IMG/VR virus record: IMGVR_UViG_2671180139_000002
Coordinates: 39,803 to 103,802 of that record
DNA from: a virus
Taxonomy: Duplodnaviria; Heunggongvirae; Uroviricota; Caudoviricetes
Reading direction: 5' to 3' (one strand)
Length of the DNA: 64,000 bases
Notes under the pieces: generated by a model
The model's input: only the letters and a program-made list of their open reading frames with translations
Databases searched by the model: none
What the model was told of the DNA's origin: nothing
Made by a program: the position numbers and the translations under genes
Shown here: positions 59,506 to 64,000 of the stretch, piece by piece
Layout: every line of letters begins with the position of its first letter
How positions within the stretch are numbered: position 1 is the first letter of the stretch

Positions 59506-60633
59506 TTAGGCGTAGCCCATCTGCTTACGCAGCATGTCCAGCACCTGAATTCCCCGGTACATATCCTCGAAGAACATGGTCTCGCCGGTCTCCGGAACGT
59601 GGATCGTCATCGGCGTCAGGAACGGCTGGTTGGCGCGGAAAGCTTCGCGCTTGGCATAGCCATCAATCGTCTTGTAGGCGCCGAGCTGGATGCCATGAAC
59701 GATGCGGCTGCGACCCATCCACTGCTTCTCGATCGAGGTGTGTCCGGCGACGTGGATGTGCCCGCCCCAGACGACATCCTCGCCCTGCCAGTTCTCCAGG
59801 ATCCACACGGTGATCGCGTGAACGGAGTTGAAGCGGGAGTTGCCGCGATACTTGTGCCGAGCGATGTGAGTGAAGGATTCCCCGTTCGGAGAGTTCATGC
59901 GCACGCGGACCTGGTCCGTGTCGTAGATCGGGCCGAGACCGTAATCGTCGAACATCTTCTTGAGGACGTCGACGCCGCCGGCGCTCGTGGTCCAATCCAT
60001 GTGATTGCCGGAGATCGCGGCGATCATCTTCGGAGCCAGGACGGAGATGTAGTGCTCAGCCAGGCGCCAGGCGTCGGAGTGGCTCATGATGTCCTTGCGA
60101 CGCTCGCGCTCCAGGAAGCCGACGATGAAGTTGTCGAGCCAATCGCCGATACCGACAGCGAAGAGATGCGGGTGCTGGTTGATCACATAGGCGTCGTCAA
60201 AGGCGCGACGCACCAGCGTGCCGATGTTGTTGAGGTGATGATCCGGAAGCCCCACGACGCCATACGGCCCGGGGAACTGCACGTTCAGGTCGATGCAGGA
60301 CTTCTGGTGATGGTGGGTGGCGAAGCGTTCGTTGCCGTCGATTACGCGCTTCAGGAGATCCTCAACCGGTTCCTCGTAAGGCTCCGGGAGTGTCTCGATC
60401 GTGCGGAACTTCTCGCCGATCGGCGCGACCGTGGCGGCCTTTGCCTTGCGGGAGATGAGAGCAGGAACCGCTTCGCCGCTTTCATGCAGCCGGCGGACCA
60501 TGACAGCATGGTTCCGGACCGTGCGCGGGGAGATGTCGAGAGCCGCGGCAACATCGCCGATGGTGGGATAGCGCGTCACGTCATTGTAGATCCGGGCGAA
60601 GTTCTCCCAGCGGGTCTCTTCCATAACTGTCAT
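59506..60633 (-). CDS. N-terminal HTH fused to a calcineurin-like metallophosphoesterase
   Basis: HTH TIGDVAAALDISPRTVRNHA; phosphoesterase motifs GDWLDN, GNHMDW, GGHIHVAGH. Confidence 0.55.
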   Translation of the reverse strand: MTVMEETRWENFARIYNDVTRYPTIGDVAAALDISPRTVRNHAVMVRRLHESGEAVPALISRKAKAATVAPIGEKFRTIETLPEPYEEPVEDLLKRVIDGNERFATHHHQKSCIDLNVQFPGPYGVVGLPDHHLNNIGTLVRRAFDDAYVINQHPHLFAVGIGDWLDNFIVGFLERERRKDIMSHSDAWRLAEHYISVLAPKMIAAISGNHMDWTTSAGGVDVLKKMFDDYGLGPIYDTDQVRVRMNSPNGESFTHIARHKYRGNSRFNSVHAITVWILENWQGEDVVWGGHIHVAGHTSIEKQWMGRSRIVHGIQLGAYKTIDGYAKREAFRANQPFLTPMTIHVPETGETMFFEDMYRGIQVLDMLRKQMGYA

Positions 60634-60650
60634 GTGTTTCTCTTCAGGGT

Positions 60651-60671
60651 AAGTCAGTGTTGACTTATAAG
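60651..60671. promoter_or_regulatory. palindromic motif instance (AAGTCAGTGTTGACTTATAAG)
   Basis: 18 nt upstream of the 60633 start codon. Confidence 0.5.
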
Positions 60672-60731
60672 ACTTGGCGAGCAGATGCCCAAAGCCGCGT
60701 CTTCTAAGTATATTATATACGTACTACGTAT

Positions 60732-61052
60732 TTACTTCTTTGCAGGCAGAGGCTCCGGGTCTGCAGTCTGCTTCTCGTAGTAGGTGACGAGACCGTTCAT
60801 CTTGGTCATCCACCGGCCCACGGCGATCTTGTTCTCGACGGACTTCCGGGCGTCGTCCGGCGTCACGCAGACCATCTTGCCGCTTTCGCAGCCCTGCCAC
60901 TTCTCGTCGTAGAGCTTCACCGGGCCGGGGCGCGCCGGATGGACGATCTTCAGGCGCTCAGTCCTGACCGTCACCGTTGTTTCCGGCGCTGGCATCTTCG
61001 AGCATCCGGTTAAGCCGAGCAGAAAGAGCGTTGAGGCGATCAGCCGTTTCAT
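60732..61052 (-). CDS. o-spanin (outer-membrane lipoprotein)
   Basis: Lipobox LLGLTGC; 106 aa; its start overlaps the 3' end of the i-spanin gene. Confidence 0.55.
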   Translation of the reverse strand: MKRLIASTLFLLGLTGCSKMPAPETTVTVRTERLKIVHPARPGPVKLYDEKWQGCESGKMVCVTPDDARKSVENKIAVGRWMTKMNGLVTYYEKQTADPEPLPAKK

Positions 61053-61371
61053 GGGTGTCCGTTCCCGTGTCGATGGTCTGGGTGTCGACGACGACGGACT
61101 GCCATTCGGCTTCAGCCGCCTCGTTGTGCTTGGAGAGGTCTTCCAGGTTCTTCACCTGGGCGTCGTTGTCGGCCTTGAGATCGGTGAGCGACTTCTCAGC
61201 GATCGCGCGCTGGTCCTTCTCCGTCGCCAGAGCGCTCTGGGACGTCACCAGGGCGTTCTGCAGGTGCGAGACGTACAGATAGACTCCGACGATGCTCCCG
61301 ACCGCCAGCAGCGCTGCAAACGCGATTGCGCACGCTTTCAGGGGGAGTTTCGCAAGGATCGCGCTCAGCAT
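60958..61371 (-). CDS. i-spanin (N-terminal TM plus periplasmic coiled coil)
   Basis: TM segment AIAFAALLAVGSIVGVYLYV followed by a charged coiled coil; overlapped gene architecture with the o-spanin. Confidence 0.55.
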   Translation of the reverse strand: MLSAILAKLPLKACAIAFAALLAVGSIVGVYLYVSHLQNALVTSQSALATEKDQRAIAEKSLTDLKADNDAQVKNLEDLSKHNEAAEAEWQSVVVDTQTIDTGTDTHETADRLNALSARLNRMLEDASAGNNGDGQD

Positions 61372-61637
61372 GGGCCAGGTCCGTTCGGAGGAGAGGGAGG
61401 CAGGCTGGCGCGCTTGTTATTGTCGTCCCAAACCGCGCCGAAGATGTAGGCGAAGAGCAGTGCGATGCCGGCGCCCAGCAGCGTCATGAACGCCTGCGCC
61501 TGGAGCGGGCCGGCACCGAGGATCAGAAGATACTCGGCGTTGCCGGCGATCCAGGCGAGCGCCAGGTACAGGAGCCGGCGACGCCTGGGCCAGTTGTCGA
61601 GGTAGAGCGTCTCGACCAGCTCCTGCGGGGATCTCAC
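61365..61637 (-). CDS. small 2-TM membrane protein (holin/antiholin candidate)
   Basis: Two hydrophobic helices; lies between the endolysin and spanin genes. Confidence 0.35.
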   Translation of the reverse strand: MRSPQELVETLYLDNWPRRRRLLYLALAWIAGNAEYLLILGAGPLQAQAFMTLLGAGIALLFAYIFGAVWDDNNKRASLPPSPPNGPGPC

Positions 61638-62182
61638 TGCAGGAAGCTCTTGGCGCGGTTGGTCCAGCCCTTCAGGAACTTCGACTGGGATGCGTCGTGC
61701 GCCACGATGCTCTGATAGAATTCGATACGCTCCGCGACGATCTGGTTGACGACGGTCTTCGCGCCCAGACGGGCAACCGCATTCGCCGCGGCCGCTTCAG
61801 TCTTCGGCCCGGAATAGCCATCGACCTTGAGCCCGGCCTTGGCGCAGGCGTTCAGCGCTTCCTGCAGGCACTTGATCGAGCGGCCGCCGCCGGCATTCAC
61901 CGAGATGTCGAAGAGCTGCGGCTGAAGCACGTCGGGAAAACCGTCGATGCCCGGAGCCTGAAAGAAATCGCGCTTGTAGAGGCGGTGGGCGATCTCCGGC
62001 GTGACCAGCATGATGTCGTGCTTGTCGATGTCGCCGTCGTGATCGAGGTCCATCTCCGGCTTGCCCTTGGCATAGCGCAGCGACACACCAAGGTTGGTGG
62101 CGCCGCCGGCGTCACCACGGACCTCGTTGTAGCCCCCTTCCCGCTTGATGATGTCGTCGATCATCTGGTCAACGGTCTGCAT
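61634..62182 (-). CDS. endolysin: GH108 N-acetylmuramidase with C-terminal peptidoglycan-binding domain
   Basis: N-terminal IIKREGGYNEVRGDAGGATNLGVS is the GH108 signature; C-terminal VDGYSGPKTEAA is PG_binding_3-like. Confidence 0.75.
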   Translation of the reverse strand: MQTVDQMIDDIIKREGGYNEVRGDAGGATNLGVSLRYAKGKPEMDLDHDGDIDKHDIMLVTPEIAHRLYKRDFFQAPGIDGFPDVLQPQLFDISVNAGGGRSIKCLQEALNACAKAGLKVDGYSGPKTEAAAANAVARLGAKTVVNQIVAERIEFYQSIVAHDASQSKFLKGWTNRAKSFLQ

Positions 62183-62202
62183 GGTAAATCAATCCTGACT
62201 GA

Positions 62203-62520
62203 TCAATGAGTGTACGGAAATGCCTTGAAGACCTTGTCGAGGATCCCGAGACCCCAGGTGAGCAAACCGCCGACCGCGATGATCACGAACCAGCCGCCGC
62301 GCGCCTTGTTGACGAGGGTGTTGACGGCACCGATGCCACTGCCAATCGACTGAATCTCCTCGCGGAGCCCCTCGATCTCCTTCATGGACTCCTTACGGTG
62401 CTGGCTCATCTCCTGCTTGGTCTCGCGCCGGTGTTCGGCAAAATCGTCGGACAGGCGAGACAGGCGCTCGATTACGACGGCAAGCGTCGGATCTTTGGTC
62501 TCGAGAGAACTCGGCATCAC
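62203..62520 (-). CDS. membrane protein with C-terminal TM (holin candidate)
   Basis: Charged coiled-coil N-terminus and a C-terminal TM (GGWFVIIAVGGLLTWGLGIL); first gene of the lysis cassette. Confidence 0.35.
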   Translation of the reverse strand: MMPSSLETKDPTLAVVIERLSRLSDDFAEHRRETKQEMSQHRKESMKEIEGLREEIQSIGSGIGAVNTLVNKARGGWFVIIAVGGLLTWGLGILDKVFKAFPYTH

Positions 62521-62568
62521 TCACTCCAGGTCAGAGAAGGACGCCGCGGTCACTCGGGCATCAGAGAT

Positions 62569-62586
62569 AAATAAATACTGATTTAT
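62569..62586. promoter_or_regulatory. palindrome AATAAATACTGATTTATT with gene-strand TATAATAAAT (T4-late-like)
   Basis: ~50 nt upstream of the lysis cassette start (62520). Confidence 0.45.
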
Positions 62587-62619
62587 TATAGAGCCCGTGG
62601 AACCACACGGCAATATAGT

Positions 62620-63033
62620 TCACGCGCCGAGCCCGGCGGAAATTGCCGCCCAGTCCACCTGTACCGCCTCGTCGACCTCTGCTCTCTTCTTGGCAGCATC
62701 GATGGCGACCTTGAGCGTGTAGCGCAGATTCTCCAGCTTGGAGTTTACCAGAGTCCACTGATCGGCCGTATTCTTGGTCACCTGAGCCGTAGCGGCGATC
62801 GTCTGTCTCTTGGCTTCAGCCTCTGCCCTAATTAGCGGGTAGCTGTCGGCGTGAGCTTCGACGTTTGGATCGGCGAGCGCGGTCGTCGCTTCCTGCAACT
62901 TGGTGAGATACGTCAGTTCCTGGCCCGGAATCACGGTCAGATAAACCGAACGAATCTTGCCGATCTGAGTGTTCACCTCAGTGACCTTCTCGGCCTTATA
63001 GGCCGCCAGATCGAACGTCATGGCGAGCTTCAT
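62620..63033 (-). CDS. hypothetical protein (structural region)
   Basis: 137-aa ORF, coupled to the upstream gene. Confidence 0.35.
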   Translation of the reverse strand: MKLAMTFDLAAYKAEKVTEVNTQIGKIRSVYLTVIPGQELTYLTKLQEATTALADPNVEAHADSYPLIRAEAEAKRQTIAATAQVTKNTADQWTLVNSKLENLRYTLKVAIDAAKKRAEVDEAVQVDWAAISAGLGA

Positions 63034-63521
63034 TCCGCAGTCACCTCGAACCTGAAAACCTTATTGAGCTCGGGATAGGCGACCGTGATCGCATATGTGC
63101 AAGGTTCTTCAGCCACAAGCTCAACATCAGTGCCGTCGGACAGATATTCCGCATCGTTGATGGCGATAGAAGCGCCCTGGAGAACTCCCTGAAGAAGGGC
63201 ATAATCCACGCCGTCAGCCGCGACTGTCGCTTTCGACAAAGTCGGCTGAGGAAAGGGAATGGCTTGCAATGAAGCCAGATCGATGATGCTGGCATCGAAG
63301 GGCGTGACCAGTAAATTCACCAGACCAAACCCCTCCGGCGGTGTCGGGAGATGAACGCGCTGAATGCGACCAGCGGAACGAATGATCCCGGTCGTCAGAG
63401 AATAGATGACGAAGGGAACGATATCGAATGGATTAGGCTCGCTGCTAGGCGCGCTAGCGTAATCATCCGAAACGGCTTCCGAGGACGACTGATCTTCTGA
63501 GAAATCCTCTACTTCGCTCAA
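63030..63521 (-). CDS. hypothetical protein (structural region)
   Basis: 163 aa with an acidic N-terminus. Confidence 0.35.
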   Translation of the reverse strand: MSEVEDFSEDQSSSEAVSDDYASAPSSEPNPFDIVPFVIYSLTTGIIRSAGRIQRVHLPTPPEGFGLVNLLVTPFDASIIDLASLQAIPFPQPTLSKATVAADGVDYALLQGVLQGASIAINDAEYLSDGTDVELVAEEPCTYAITVAYPELNKVFRFEVTAE

Positions 63522-63904
63522 CGTTTCATCTCCATCAAAACAATTGAGATTGTATTCTGAACGTTGTCGTTAACACTCGTAGAAAGAGTTGCCACAACGG
63601 TGACGGTCTGGTGTGGGTTGTACATATTTCGATTCAGAACAATGTAGCCGCTGTAAGTAATCGTGCCCTCGATCGAGCCGGTTCCTGCTTTTCCGCCGAC
63701 GGAGCCACTGGCGAACCAGTTGCCATTCACGGTCACAGTTAGCTGCGCGGAATTGTCACCGCTCGTGCCGTTCTTGAAGGTGGAGACCTCGGCCGTTACC
63801 TGAAGCAGAGCGTCACCCTGGCCGCTATCATCAAAGGTATGCTGCAGTGTCTGCTGCCCGGTGCCGTTGACGCCGGCAACGCTGGTGACAGAGTTGTACT
63901 GCAT
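63518..63904 (-). CDS. hypothetical beta-rich protein (possibly tail/baseplate)
   Basis: Ser/Thr/Gly/Asn/Val-rich beta-type composition; the start may lie beyond 63904. Confidence 0.3.
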   Translation of the reverse strand: MQYNSVTSVAGVNGTGQQTLQHTFDDSGQGDALLQVTAEVSTFKNGTSGDNSAQLTVTVNGNWFASGSVGGKAGTGSIEGTITYSGYIVLNRNMYNPHQTVTVVATLSTSVNDNVQNTISIVLMEMKR

Positions 63905-64000
63905 GTTCTTGGTCTGAAGAGTATTGGAGACGATATGGTTTGCCGTAATCGTGTCGGCCTTGATCTTGTCGGACGTGACTGCATTTGCCGAAATACTGTT

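Noticed and set aside
1-64000. CRISPR array, rRNA, or integrase/attachment site
   Set aside because: No spaced direct repeats of CRISPR type and no rRNA-like segments. No tyrosine or serine recombinase was recognised, so nothing supports a prophage boundary or CRISPR locus in this window.

Overview
This window reads as the replication, nucleotide-metabolism, accessory and part of the late region of a large, high-GC, T4-superfamily-like phage, probably infecting an alphaproteobacterium (Rhizobiales-type). Almost every gene is on the minus strand. Recognisable genes: rIIA and rIIB, a small HD hydrolase, a P-loop kinase, dUTPase, a tentative ThyX-like protein, glutaredoxin, NrdA/NrdB, a RuvC-like resolvase, SbcC/SbcD (gp46/gp47-like), UvsX/RecA, a FEN/RNase H 5'-nuclease, a gp32-like SSB, an SPFH protein, a tentative UvsY-like protein, a DnaE-type DNA pol III alpha carrying a C-terminal UDG-family-4-like domain, a sigma factor, CobS/CobT-like ATPase and vWA proteins, ATP-dependent DNA ligase, DnaG-like primase, DnaB-like helicase, PhoH, a repetitive tail fibre, and a lysis cassette (GH108 endolysin, holin candidates, overlapping spanins). 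Two short plus-strand islands stand out: one encodes a DUF805-SHOCT protein, an Imm-SHOCT superinfection-immunity protein and a membrane protein beside an XRE regulator; the other encodes an RHH protein followed by a plasmid repABC-type RepC initiator. A lower-GC pocket carries two secreted Cys-rich proteins. The most unusual signals are (i) a C-terminal [N-P-x]-W-G-[ILM]-F-COOH tail shared by six small proteins in three clusters, plus a related micro-ORF between helicase and primase, which I interpret as a candidate beta-clamp-docking family; (ii) a roughly 20-24 bp palindrome (GATAAGTCA-N4-TGACTTATC), often preceded on the gene strand by a TATAA(A/T) element, sitting 10-45 nt upstream of about 20 start codons; and (iii) repeated TTAGCGA elements (gene-strand GCTAAATC, alphaproteobacterial -10-like) in the left arm. 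No tRNA, rRNA or CRISPR array was found. The ORF track evidently allows GTG/TTG starts, so start coordinates are approximate.
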